Counted from the first letter of the stretch, positions 11,715 through 25,067 are shown. The stretch is 64,000 bases of DNA from Octopus bimaculoides (GCF_001194135.2 NC_068983.1:48679007-48743006); one strand, 5' to 3'. Numbers and translations are program-made. The notes: generated from the sequence alone by a model not told the origin.

Positions 11715-12693
11715 CTCAATCATTTTCGTCAAACCAGTCTTGATGTTTTCGATGAGAAAACCCAAGAATCACTGAAGATGCCTCTTAAATGACACCGTGA
11801 TTTTCTCACATTTTCTTTCATACCGGTAAGCCTGCAGCTTTCTATAATGAAAAAGAGAGAGAATATGGTTTTGATTGTACCACTTTTGAGCTTTGGCATA
11901 TCTACGTTGGAATTGGTTTCCGATTATGTTTTACTAAATATGAAAGCATGTTCAGAGCAACATTCCGTTATTTCAAATGATCGTGTTATAATTACATTAT
12001 TCTCACAACGGCTTCGAACAATGTCATAGTCGATATTGTGCTATGTCGGTACCTAAGAAGACTCCGAGTGCTTTTAATATATCGAATTGATCGTTTATAG
12101 GGTATATTGTTTACTACAGTTCAAATGCAGTGCAAAAGGAAATGACCAAGAACATATCTGAATTTATTTTAATAATTCCATGTCTGCTAGTAATGTTATA
12201 GCAATGAAATTGAGCCTGAACCTACATGAGGATTAAAGCCTTCAATTAGAACGTTCATGTCATTGCATAGATCGCTGTTCAGTAATTCCCTCAAATCAGA
12301 ATATAACTTATTCTTGGTTGTGTCTGTAGAATTTTAACTTGGAGCATATGCCTTTGTAAACGTAATGTATCTGAGAGCTAATTCGAATAGTAAGTTTCAT
12401 AAGCTGGCCATTAAAAGAGTCAAGTTTGCTAACTCATTCGCTATTGCAAACCCTACGCCTCGTACCCTGATCTCTGTCTCAGATTTACCAATCCAGATAA
12501 ATGTAAAACCACCAGCTAAATTCTTCAGCTTCCCACATGTATTTGAGTGCTGTAATATCGATATCTTTTGCGCTTTGGACCATGATCGATATGTGCTGTT
12601 CATCATTCCGGATGTTTCTTATGGTTTGAAATATACGTATATTCCAAGCTGCTTACAGAAATATTTGACATTTTACAATTTTGTTTCCTTCCG

Positions 12694-12724
<31 letters not shown>

Positions 12725-12760
12725 GTACAGTTAGTTGGACATCCTGTCATTTTCAGTAAG
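11715..12760 (-). mobile_element. RTE-clade LINE 5' part (apurinic endonuclease domain), decayed
   Basis: Minus-strand pieces AAWNIR, GGFTFIWIGKSETEIRVRGVGFAI, FNPHVG...RHGIIKIN and KHQDWFDEND correspond to RTE/BovB-type ORF motifs. Confidence 0.85.
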
Positions 12761-15119
12761 TTGACCGGATTGAGCAAACGATTTTAGGACAACTTTTCTA
12801 GATCCCATCTCATACGAGGGAAAGCAGCGTCATCTTAAAAATCCTTTGCAGTTTATGAAGTTGATTTGAAATATTAAATTGCTCACAATTGTTTCATAGA
12901 AAAGCCATTTACTTCTTGCCACCATATGTACAAATCTCCAGCTGGAGACCTCCTGTGCTATCTGCCACCAGTCTCCGTCATTATCACTTCATCGTCATAG
13001 GATTTCTCTTTCCCTTTTAGTTTTTGTTTTTATGTTACTGAACGATCTGCACTACGAGTTTGTTTATAAAAGATTTCACAAAACGCACTCTCTCCACTTA
13101 GAAAGCATGGCGTGTGGTGGTGAATGGTGCACCATATGTCAGATGCTAACCCGGTCACAAATCAAGTTTAGTTGCCTGGCTAATTGACCTTAATCCTGCA
13201 GATTTTGCAGATCAAAGTGAGTACTACACAGTTAAGTAGACTGTTCCCAAATTTGTTTTTTGAGGCATGTTGTTTCAGGTGTACTCACGGTGTCCTTTGC
13301 TGCGACATAGGACCTATTGGACATACACACTCATACTATACATATAAATGAATGTAAACATGTTTTAATGTCCGTTGACTCTGAGATTCTCCTCCCTTCG
13401 ACAGCAAGACGTCCAAAACACACCTCACCAATTAAGTTCGGTGACGTTTTTTTTTTTGCCGGTTTAGTCCTCGAAGACTCGACCATGGCGCAGACAGGCC
13501 TGGGTTGCACGTTATCACTGACGCTAAGAACGACTGACATACATACACGCATAAACACACGTGAACACACACGCACACATATAGATAACTTACTACTATG
13601 TAATAAGTTATCTATAATTTTACTTTGGTTTTATATCTCCTCTTCATCATAGATTTTTCACGCAATTCTGTTTAATTATTGAGTCTTTTCCTGTTCCTGC
13701 ATAGGAAGGGATAATACCAATAATTGTACGTATAAACCTGGACCATTGAGAACTGTAGAGGAAGTTGAACAGGGAATGAATTAAAAACGAACAGCGTTTC
13801 TTGGACGGAGATATTGAGTAATGTTTAGTATCGCGCTTAACAGTTGATACAATGAATAACAAGAAAAGGAAATATTAGAGAATCGGGAATGCACAAATGG
13901 ATGAGTCACGAGATTAGTTAACCCCAAGGAGATGAAGCGACACAAGTGGATGTAGAATAGGCAGAGATGTTTGACGGTACGTCTGTCATTTACAAATGTT
14001 GGACGTTATCTGCGCTTTGATTTGCATCAGGACGTTAGTGCTGCCATTTCCCTTCTTGCATTTAGTTCAGTAGCTATTGAAGATGATTGTTTTCCAGTTT
14101 TTATCGTAGCTGTTGTCGCTGACAAGTTTACGACCGATATTTCTCAACAGTTCGTCGGATTCCAAGGAAACACACATGAAAACAAAACAGAATTATAAAA
14201 GCAACAAAAAACAGGACACTTCACTAAGTGGTACTACAAATTTCGTAAGCTTTCAAGTAGGAATATTGTTCGATAATAGTAATAATAGAAGATTAGTGAT
14301 CTATCTCAAAAAAGAGTGAGCTAATTTGCGAATTGACTGGTTTGTGTGCGTAACAAACCCACCGCAAAGTAGAAAAGTAAAATAAATACATAAAAAAGAC
14401 GTATAGCACTTCAATTTATATATTGCAAATCCGGATGTTCAGACTAACCAGCCATTTTGTCTGGCAAAATATTGATAGAAAAATATTATTTAGAGAAACA
14501 CGTTCATATATACACACACGCACTTATGAACACATGGGTGCCTTAANNNNNNNNNNATATATATATATATATATAATGAGGAAGAGAGGGAAGGGATACA
14601 TAAATATATACATATAAATACATATATCTGTTTATGCGTCAATATATATGTCTGTGTACGTGTGAGAATACATCTCCGAATGCATAAGAATATTTAGCTG
14701 TCTTTCATACACCTAGAAAAGTTTATACATTTTCTAAACACACTATATAAAGTTTGTCTGTCGGTGATATATTCATATATCAGTATATACATTTGCGTGC
14801 GTTTGGGATGTATGCATGTGTGTGCATATGTGCGTGCGTGCTTATACACACAGACCATCTATAATATGTATATACTAGAGTGTATGCGAGGTTGTTTTGT
14901 GTTTCTATATGTGGGCGTGTATGCGTATACAGTTAATTTTACTGTATACGCATGTCTGTGCATATGCACCCAGTTTCCAAATTCGTATTCTTTTTCAAAG
15001 AGATAGAATGGATACTTATATTTCAACTCCGCTGTCCGTTTCTTATTTCGAATTATTTCTAATTCGACGTCAAATAAACATGTATTTTAAGTGTTTGGCA
15101 ATGTTCTAACTCAACCGAA

Positions 15120-15436
15120 GCTAAGAGTCTAAATTACACCTGCCTCTTTTCAATGATTTAAAAAAATGAAACAAGACAAATAGTTAATGATTATTTGAAC
15201 GTCAAAATCTCGTATGCAATCATTACACGAATATACACACCTATATGACCCTACAACTTATCTCCGTTTGTGAACTTACATGTGTGGGTCTCTAGTAAGA
15301 AGTTTACCTCCCAACCGCATGGTTCCAGTTTAGTCTCATTGCACGGTACATTCGGCAAGTGTCTTCTACCATAGTTTCAGGCCGACCAGAGCCTCGAGCG
15401 TAGATATGGAAGACGAAGACTGAAAGAAGCCCCGTC

Positions 15437-15481
<45 letters not shown>

Positions 15482-16300
15482 TTGTGTATCGGTGTATGTT
15501 CTCCAGCTCTACTTGACAACCACTGTTGGTTTTCTCGTGAACCCGTGACTTAGACCTCAAAATCGTTGGAAATATCTGACTACATTTTATTGAATGATAC
15601 AATTATATAGAATCACTTACAAGACTTCAAGTTCTTGTTCAACAATATCATCACTGCACTTCTTTAGTTGTTGCAGTTCTGATGTCAATTGCTAACAAAA
15701 AAAATCTGCATCAGAGGTGGAAAAATGTCTCCTCTCAGTATTATATCGTAGAAGGGAAACACTGGTTCACGTGCTGTTTGCCAGAAATTTGTGAGAACTC
15801 TATTGTGTTGGTTGAAATAAATATAAAGTAAAAAATTAGATCATATATTAAAAAAGCCCACAATAGTAAATCAGTAAATATATAAGATATTGAAGGGTTG
15901 GTCGCACATTTTTATGAGAATAAAATATGAAAGCATTGTGGTTGAAATATTGTTATAAATCTTATAACTAAAGGCTAAATGCTAACAATATCAAAAAAAT
16001 AAACCTTTCCGAGAAACTTTTAGGACTAAATGTTTCAAAATTAGCTTAAAAGCGTAAATGAAATATAACAGAGTACTGAAAAATTAAAAAAAGAAAAAAA
16101 AAACTACCAATGAACGTAAATAAAATTTGAACTGAAAGAATCAGCATAAAAATAAAATTTTAAAAGTATAATTTAAATTTATTTTAACGCTGAATTTTTC
16201 AATTTTTTCAACTTTTATTCATTAATTTCTAATTAAATCAATTTTGAATTATTCTTAATTACTTTAGATTTTTGATCTTTTAATTTTTTAATCCTCAGTT
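15120..16300 (+). repeat. Left arm of a long diverged inverted repeat (partner 18625-19810)
   Basis: For example aaatgtctcctctcagtattatatcgtagaagggaaacactggttc (from 15723) is the reverse complement of gaaccattgtttcccttctacgatataatacccagaggagacattt (about 19100-19145); homology is traceable through the whole arm. End points approximate. Confidence 0.85.
15290..15600 (+). mobile_element. Old copy of the microsatellite-containing SINE family, embedded in the left arm
   Basis: ggcaagtgtcttctaccatag...gactgaaagaagccccgtc, then (TA)n, then a degenerate cttgacaacc tail. Confidence 0.75.
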
Positions 16301-16449
16301 GTTATCAGTTTTTGTCGTTCCATTATCATTTCTTAATGTTTTAACTCATTTGTTAACTAATATTTTCATTTTTTTTTATTTCTCAGTTTTATTTTCAATC
16401 CTATGTATCATTAATAATATTCTTTTTTATTCAAAATTTTAATTTCAGC

Positions 16450-16960
16450 TCTAATTTTATTTACTTTGCACTTCGTAATTTTCAAATTTTTCAATACTAT
16501 ATTAATCTTAATTAAAATAAAAATTTATATTTCAACATTTCATATTTTCTACTTTTGAAACCTTTAACCCTAAAGGCTGCTCGGAAATGTTTATATATGT
16601 TTAAGTTGATTTTTAATAACTAGTTTCACAGATTTGTAATAATATTTTAAACTCTATTTCTGCTTTCCCTGTTTTCTCCATAAGACAATGTGTGACGTAT
16701 CCTTCGTTCATCTATCTATTTATCCCTTTATATACTATTGTATTTTTCAATATATCCTTTAATTTCTTGTCTTATAACCATTTCAATCAACAATTAGTGT
16801 TTTTTTTACGAAGTTCTGGCAAGCAAGCAACAATGAGTTGTTTCCCTTGGATATTTTTTGTTTTTTTTTTGCTATTCACCACTGGTGGAGTTTTTTTAAT
16901 TTATTTTGTAATTGACAGTGCTAAGTGCACCGGATTTGCAACAGCTGAAAAATTGCAGCG
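16450..16960 (-). repeat. Third, more diverged partial copy of the arm sequence (same orientation as 18625-19810)
   Basis: tttgaaacctttaaccctaaag (about 16554) resembles tttgaaacatttagtcctaaag (18871); gttctggcaagcaagc...ttgtttccctt resembles tttctggcaaatagc...ttgtttccctt; ggatttgcaaca resembles ggacttgcaaca. Confidence 0.65.
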
Positions 16961-17525
16961 GTAATCGTATCTTTGATGCAGAAACTTGAAGTCCTGTGTG
17001 TGTGTGTGTGTGTGTTTCTTAATGTCGCCTTCTTATTGCCCTAAATTATAGTACAGAATAACGAACACGCAGGTTGTCATCAATTGTCTTCATTTTGGAG
17101 GGAAGTGCCATTACTGATCTGACATATCGTAGTTATTATAAAATAAGTTTTGTGACAAACGACTTCTAAATATCTTAGGATGGGTTTTTGCTATCTTGCA
17201 AATTTATCTTGCAAATTTATCGTCAAATTTCTTCACATAACTTTTGGAGAGTAATGTAAATGTAGAGTAACAATTTTTCTTCTGGTCTGATCGACGAAAC
17301 TTTCTTACGTCTGCGTTATTTGTTATTCACAACTAGAATACATTAACTTAGCAAATAAAGGTACAATTCTCATATCGTTGACGCATTTGATAAATTTGTA
17401 AAATTTTAGGGGAATTTCATGCAAATGTTCCGACGTATCTTCTTTCTACTATTGACATTTTATTCACGTATCTGCTTTCTTTGTTGATTTCGCTTTCTTA
17501 ATCACTTCAATTAATTTACCTTGTG

Positions 17526-18002
17526 TCATAATTTGTGTTTGTTCTCAGGACCGTATACATTTGTGGCTGTTAAATGTAATCTGTCTTTAGGTTGGTGATT
17601 TGGCACCTTAAAGATGTTAGATCCTCGGAATAAATGTCCTGCACGATTTCTTCCTTTTTTCTTTCTGAATCTTCTGAGGTCAAAATTGTCTTTCATATTT
17701 TGAAGTCGAGAAAATAAATACGAGTTCAGCTCTGGGATAGATATTATCAATTTTTCCTTCCCTTTTAAAAGGCTTAACATGCCACCTTCTGCATATGGCG
17801 TTAGCATATCAAATTTTTTTTTCATTGTGATCAGGTAACAGTGTTGTTCTACTGGAATCAGTTCTTCCCATTCAGCTTTTCGTCGGGTGAATAGAGCAAT
17901 TCTCAATTTTGATTTTCGATCACATCTTAGTCGAGTGCTGCAGGTTTTTGAATCAGGGATATTTTTTTCTTCTTTATTATCCTTTGTAGTAATAATTACC
18001 TG
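17526..18002 (-). pseudogene. Unidentified 158-codon open frame, probably part of a decayed gene spanning about 17050-18600
   Basis: Stop-free from 18002 to 17529 (…KSKLRIALFTRRKAEWEELIPVEQHCYLITMKKKFDMLTPYAEGGMLSLLKGKEK…), the longest non-repetitive frame I found in the window. Broken coding-like pieces lie on both sides; TATAAATAG on the same strand at 18607-18615. Confidence 0.4.
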
Positions 18003-18624
18003 TTATTTTTGCCATTTTAACACTAGATATTTCGTTGTTATCAAACTTTATTGCTTCATCGTAGTTTCCCTTCGGTTATATGGCTAGTCATCTGTGTATA
18101 GAGAAACATCATTTTCATATAATTTACTTTCCTTTAGTACAATTATTACTCGTGACCCCTGAGTATTTTGCATGTTCGACTACTGTTATTTTATAAATAT
18201 CTATTTGTGTAAGGTCACTTCATACTTGTGTTTGAAGTGGCATATTCTACTGTTGGTGGATTGTTGCAGGGGTAACCTCTTGATCTGAAAGACATCATAT
18301 TTGTCGGTCCGCCTCATGGTACCGGCGGAAAAAATGTAAAAGGCTTTGCTTCGGAAGATGTTGAGAGAGAGAGAGATGCTAGCACAACCACTCTGAATCA
18401 CGTAACTCGCACATGGGAATAGCCATCTCTGCTCCGATAGCAGTAAATACAGATGTAGTCGGAGATCTCCACTGCCACAGACACGACCTCAAATCCATCA
18501 AACACCGGCCGATATATTGTCAATTTGCCCTTCTCGGCTAGATGGCTAGATGAGCAGAAAAGTCAGAGTTGGCAGTCTGCATTGCAGTGATACGTTCTGT
18601 CCGCTTCTATTTATAAAGAAAAAC

Positions 18625-19397
18625 AACATTGAAAATTGAAAACTAAAAAGAAAAATTAAGAAGTTATAAATCTAAAATGAAATAATTAAAAAATATTTCA
18701 AAATTGATTAATTAGAAATTGATGAATAAAAGTTGAAAAAATTGATAAACATTGAAAATTTCAACGTTAAAAATAAATTTAAATTAGTTTTTAAATTTTA
18801 TTTTACACTGAATCTTATTTCTAGTTCAAATTTTATTTAAAGTTTTTTAATTTTTTAATTTTAAGATAATTTTGAAACATTTAGTCCTAAAGATTTCTGG
18901 GAAAGGTTTATCTATATTTTTTATATTTGTTAGCATTTAGATATAAGATATATAATATTTTAACTACAATTAATACCTCCATATTTTATTCATATAAAAA
19001 TGTGCAACCTACTCTTCGGATTTTTAAATATAATTTCATATTTTACTTTATCTCAACCAACACATAAGCGTTTTCATAAATTTCTGGCAAATAGCAGAGG
19101 AACCATTGTTTCCCTTCTACGATATAATACCCAGAGGAGACATTTCCCACCATTAATACTGCGGGTTTTTTTTGTGTTAGCAATTGGTGGTGCTAATGGT
19201 ATCGGACTTGCAACAACAAGTGATGATGGTATTGTTGAACAAAAAGTTGAAGTTCTGTAGCGGAGTCTATGTAATTCTATCATTCAATAACTGTAGTCCT
19301 TTATTTCCAAAGATTTCGAGGTCTAAGTCACGGGTTCACGAGAAAACCAACAGTAGTTTTCAAGCGGAAGTGGGGGACATACACCAATCCGCGCGCG

Positions 19398-19438
<41 letters not shown>

Positions 19439-19810
19439 AGGGGATTCTTTCCGTCTTTGTCTTCCAAATCTATACACGAGGCTCTGATCGGCCTGAGGCT
19501 ATGGTAGAAGACACTTGCCCAAGGTGCCAAGCAATGAACTGAACTAGAACCCTATGGTGGGGAATTAAACTTCTTACCAAAGAGCCACGCCTGTGAGTTC
19601 ACAAACGGAGTTAAGTTGTAGGGCGATATACGTATGTATATACGTGTAGCAGTTTCATACGAGATTTTGACGTTCAAATAATCATTGACTGGATGTCTTA
19701 TTTCATTATTTTCTAAATAACCATTAACAAAATAACCATTAAAATTATCTTTAGAATAACCAAATTCTATTGATTTGCAATGCTTTTTATAGAGTGATTT
19801 AGGTCTTGTT
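18625..19810 (-). repeat. Right arm of the long inverted repeat
   Basis: Reverse-complement homology to 15120-16300, including the SINE copy and its unique flanks (tttgaacgtcaaaatctcgtatg vs catacgagattttgacgttcaaa). Confidence 0.85.
19270..19590 (-). mobile_element. Old SINE copy embedded in the right arm (paralogue of 15290-15600)
   Basis: ctatggtagaagacacttgcccaaggtgcc, with a central (CA)n/(CG)n tract. Confidence 0.75.
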
Positions 19811-21087
19811 ATCTAAAATGTGAAGTATGTTTTCAATTATTTCATAAAACCGGAGAGAAAACAAGAATGAAAAAAAGGAACAGAGGGATGTAAAGGAGAA
19901 GGAATGACGAGATGATGTGGTGGAGGATGACGATGAGGATGATAATGATGATTATGATGAAGTATAAAGAACTATGAAGAAAAATGAATATTGTAAGAGA
20001 GTATTATAAGAATAATACAGCTTTTGGCTAATATTAAATATATATAAAAACACGATTTCAGGGGCGGTTAATACCTTTGGATACTTCGAAGTGATGCTAT
20101 CCTTCAGTGAGAAATCCAGTAGAAATACTACTTATAGTTTTACTCCTGTTTGGAACCTATAATCCGAAAATATATCATCGAATTTAATAGGGATTATTAT
20201 TTAAAGCCAAAACTTACCGGTTTATGATACACGGAAAGGAAAAGAACACACAATAATGGATATATAATGCATAACTGGTGTGGATATATGGAAGATTGGC
20301 ATTCAATTTTTTTCAACGGTCGCTCAAATTCTCTGAACATACGTTCGGATTAATCTATGCAATGTCATCAAATTTGTGCTGAAGATGCAATAATTTGGAA
20401 ACCTACACCGACACAGGATTAGGCAGAACAACGTATACGGCTATACAGTCCCTATATTGGAAATGAGCATTATTCCTGTAAATACTCCGTAGTACGATAC
20501 TTGTCCATTGTCTTGTATACATGCTTAAATAACGTGACCCCGATATATCCTCGAAATTAGGACAACCTTTAAAAAGTATGCAAAATAGTTTTGAATGATT
20601 CAAATTATACTCATGAAATTCCTCAAACGTAGTGTAACAGGGGTTCCAATAGATCGGTGACCCTTGTAAAAAGGAGGAATCAATTCTCACATCGGGAAGA
20701 AAATAAAATGTGATGTCAAATGGCTTACGATATCTGTGAGGAGCACGTTTTATTCCATAGGTAAGGGGATTTATTGTGTTTTATTGAATAAGAATCTTTA
20801 AATTTTAGTAAGTGTTATTTCATGTACGGATGTATGTATGCATGTATGTTTATATTTGTGTGTACGTTTGCGTATAAAACCATAAACCGGGACGTATGAA
20901 TATATCTTTACTTAACCACGTTACTTCTATTAAGCTACCGCCGTTTCGGAATCTTTATGTAGTATTAATGCCAGTATGGAGGGAATTATGCGCATATGAT
21001 CGATCTCTCTCTCTCTCGCGCGCGCGCGCACACGCGTACACGCACACACACACACACACGCACACGCACACACACGCGCACACACAC

Positions 21088-21140
<53 letters not shown>

Positions 21141-22499
21141 TGTGCATGGGTATATGTCTGTGTCTCTGTGTGGTAACGAGAAAGCGAATGGAAGCTGGCA
21201 GTAGGACATCTCCGGGATAGCATCGCTTTCACATTGCAATATTAAAAACTTAATTACGCAGTGCATATACTTGCCCTCCGCATCGATAAGGTCGTGCCAA
21301 AGCAAAATATATATTATTTATATATAATTATCCAAACTGCAATAGAGTTAAACAAACGATCGAGCACAATAGCAGAGAAAATAACAGTTCGGGCGCAATA
21401 ATGGTAGTATCAAAATAAGAACATACCGAAATATCGAACAAATTAACCTAAGTTGGAAGAATGACAATTTACAGATACGTGATATAAAATATAAGTATCA
21501 CAGAATATAAGGAATACATCATTACCACTCTCAGTAAGGAAATAAGAAATAGCTACAATAGTAGTATCTCATTAATTATGAATGCTTTCGTATCTTGGTT
21601 TTGGTTTTTTTCTCTTATGTCACAAATGAATAAAGAAATTTTCGGTTAGGTGTCTGTAAATTGCATACTATCAATGTTAGGTTTAAGCGAAGGGGAGCAA
21701 AGCATATAAAACAGGGAAATACATATTACAGTTTCAATTATGAAACAATAATACTATAATTACTACTACTACTACTTCAATGAAAGCTAATTACTCTTCA
21801 ATAGCAAAAGAATTTCTGCGCATTTTCTTCACAATTGACACAAATCATGATATGGCCTGCTGGAAAAATACTTCACGCGAACATTCAGCACACTGCATAT
21901 ATAAGTCGACCTCGTACTAAATTTTCTGAAATTGTCTAAACAATAAATTAATGAATTCGATCCCAGAATTTTCTAAGCTGAAAATCCAACAACAAAGAAC
22001 CTAACATCACTCCGTAAAATCTGCTTTTCTATGATTAATTAATTCAACATTCACACCATCTTTCAATATGCCTGATGAATAAAGTAAATTGTTTTCTGGT
22101 TACTTAATTTTACCACCAGTTTGCTCTGATGATCTGTTAATGAAACTAAAAGACAAAAATAATCAGAGCCATTTTCGTTGAATAAGTAACCATAAACATT
22201 TTTCCAACTGGCTGAAAATACCAGCTTAAATCTCACAGTATCGTCTCTATAAAGACTACGGAATTATATTCCACGATATAAACTTGATACAATTATCACA
22301 TCTAAGCTTACAGAACATCAGCTATTTTTATATTGTGGCAACAAACGACGGCACTTGCGCGGGTGTTCGACCAGCTTGCGAAGATATAACAGCAGAATTT
22401 CTGTGAGCAACAAATGAAAGATTTTTTTCCAAATATATATAAAAAAAAAACGTAGGTTTAGAATAACAAAATTCTAATTATCATCATCGCTGTCGTCGT

Positions 22500-22640
22500 C
22501 GTCGCCGTTTCTTGTTTTCTCTCCGGTTTTATATGAAATAACTGAATAAATACTTCACATCTTAGATAACAGGACCTAAATTACTCCATAGAAAGCATTA
22601 CAAATTAATAGAATTTGGTTATTCTAAATGTAATTTCACA
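22500..22640 (+). repeat. Short inverted copy of 19740-19870
   Basis: ttcttgttttctctccggttttat...atacttcacatcttagataacaggacctaaat...aatagaatttggttattctaaa matches the reverse complement of 19740-19870. Confidence 0.75.
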
Positions 22641-24306
22641 GGTTATTTTCTCCTGCGTATATTTGTCATCTCACTCCACCACCATCCGTCTTTCTTCGCC
22701 CTGAGTGAGTTTGTGTAGTTGTATGCGAATTCAATAAAAGGAGTGAAGGCATTTTAAACATATATAGAATTGAGTGCATGCGAACAGTGGATGGTAATAG
22801 TATTTTGTTGATGGATATAGGTGTATAAACATACACATGCTTATATTTACCTTTATCTAACTATATTGAAATAATCGCTTATTTTGTATCCATCCCGATT
22901 TACAGTTATACCTAAACAGAAATATCTTAATGTATTTTATTACCTAATTGCATAACTGTATCTTCCTATGAGAAATTCCACCTGATCCTATACACCAGAT
23001 ATTGCAAGCATATATGTATGCATATATTTATGTACAGGTATGTGTCTCGTGTATTTTCGTTTTCTATTCCTTTGTACAGGCAACTATATATTTTTAATTC
23101 CACATCCATTCTAATTCATATAATTATGTATTCATACACGTTTAAATATGTGGTGTGTCCTGGCAGCTCATTATAGTAAGGGAGATAATCACTTTTTGAG
23201 TCATAGTTAGAAATTTGAATATTAAATCGAAGAATACCGCAGAAGATCCGCAGAATATATATCTGCAATATATTTCTTTCATTACAAATGTTGAGTTTTC
23301 TAATTACAGATAGCCAGAAATAGCGCCATTTTATTCTTACTTGAAATCACCAGCATGACATTATCTGTGGTAAATAAATTACTCGAAATTAAACATTTGC
23401 AAAGCACGATTCAATATCCGTGTATTTTTCTGGAGCAAGCAAACAGTGGAGCAATAATAATGCTCATCAAATAAACCATTGTGATATGGTTTGCAGTATG
23501 AGATATAAAAGAACACACACACACCCATACACACCCACACGTATGTAAAGATATATTAGTATATTAACTATAATTCCTAGTTAGAGCCATGTTAGCTTTC
23601 ACGTCTATAGCGCAGCATAACTAAATACTTCAGAACATACACGTGAATCTTTTAAGAATTGGACGCTTTCCGTGTCTGTGCCTGTTGTTGTATGTCTGCA
23701 TTTTACAAATATTTTATCATTTATTTTTGTAGCTACAACTTTTAATAATTGCTCATTGTATGGTATTAGCAAAGCATAAAAATGTTTGCGTGATATTGTC
23801 TCAAAGCAACAAACTAGCTGTCTGTACAACATAACAAACGTAACAATGTGAATAAGCAATCTAGTTAGAATTCTTCAATGCTCATTGTTTGTCTCGTCTC
23901 CGAGCCGTGGTTTTCAAAATTTTTTTCTCTTTTTTTCCACACTTTCTTGTGACCGACGTTTAAGTAAACGTGCTGAATTCACAAGTAAAGTGTTGCATTG
24001 CCGGACAATTGTACATTTTTTTTTATTATAGACTTAAGTTTTTTCTACGAGGTTCTCACTTCTTATTGGAATTGCTTTCACTGACACACACACACACACA
24101 CACACACACGCGACCACCCCACTCCAAACATATATACATGTATGTGGGTGTATTTGGTACGTTATGAGTCTGAGCGCGCGTGAGTATTATATTAATAAGC
24201 GTTCAAATTTGCAACCAACTCAATACGACGTGTAGAGTCAAATATGTTAATTCATTGAAATTTCCTTCTAGGTTTCATTAAACGATTACTTTTTTCAGCA
24301 TGTGAA

Positions 24307-24342
<36 letters not shown>

Positions 24343-24414
24343 ATCACCGTGCAATGACTAAGGAAAATAGTCTAATAATGGAGCATGTAAGTCCTCGACA
24401 GAAAAAAGTAGGCT

Positions 24415-24470
24415 TTCCCATCCGCGTGGCACTCGAACCCACATCCCTTTGTTAAGGCGAATAAGTATGT
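24415..24470 (-). mobile_element. tRNA-derived fragment (pseudo-tRNA or SINE head, tRNA-Asn-like 3' half)
   Basis: Minus strand ttcgccttaacaaagggatgtgGGTTCGAGTgccacgcggatg with a B-box, followed by a T6 run; 5' half missing. Confidence 0.4.
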
Positions 24471-24473
24471 TAC

Positions 24474-24518
<45 letters not shown>

Positions 24519-25067
24519 GGTATCGTTCTTTTGCATATTTTTAGTAATACTAGGCGTGGCTGTGATGTTGAAATGAACAATTATAACGTGCTAGTTTGGT
24601 GTTATGTTTAATTGTCAGAAATGGAAAAATAGGTGAAAGTGATATGCGAAATATAGGGCGTAATGGGTGATTTATTCTAATGCTCATAATGGATGAAAAG
24701 GCATTATGCAAGATATAAATGTTTGAATGCAGTCTTGTAAAATCGTTGCTTAACTATACACTTGAATAACTTAATCAGTTACAGGTTAGACTAGAGGTTA
24801 TTGAGGAATATATTATAATGAATCCTAGAATCTTATACTGGAATTAATAACCACGAAGCTTAATTTTTATAAAATTTTAAATAATTCATTTAACATATAT
24901 TGCAAATGATTTAGTTGTAATTCTAAACTGAAAATCTACTTAATATTTATCAAAAGTTTACAATAATATACATATTTGAACTGAGAAAATATCGATATAA
25001 TCCCGGATAAGTCTAAAGTTAATAACATGTTACTCTCAGGAAATAACTCTTTTGTGCCTTGCAATGT

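Noticed and set aside
11770-11800. CTGAAGATGCC as a hammerhead half-core
   Set aside because: No downstream GAAA or stems; lies within the antisense of the RTE remnant.
13681-13710. YAGTGKD as a Walker A motif
   Set aside because: Lacks the first Gly and the S/T after Lys; no helicase context.
20403-20690. 95-aa minus ORF (…IYWNPCY…) as a PLE fragment
   Set aside because: Only superficial similarity to the IWFNPP motif; neighbouring PLE motifs are absent.
22126-22146. CTGATGA...GAAAC hammerhead-like spacing
   Set aside because: No stem II pairing and no NUH or stem I.
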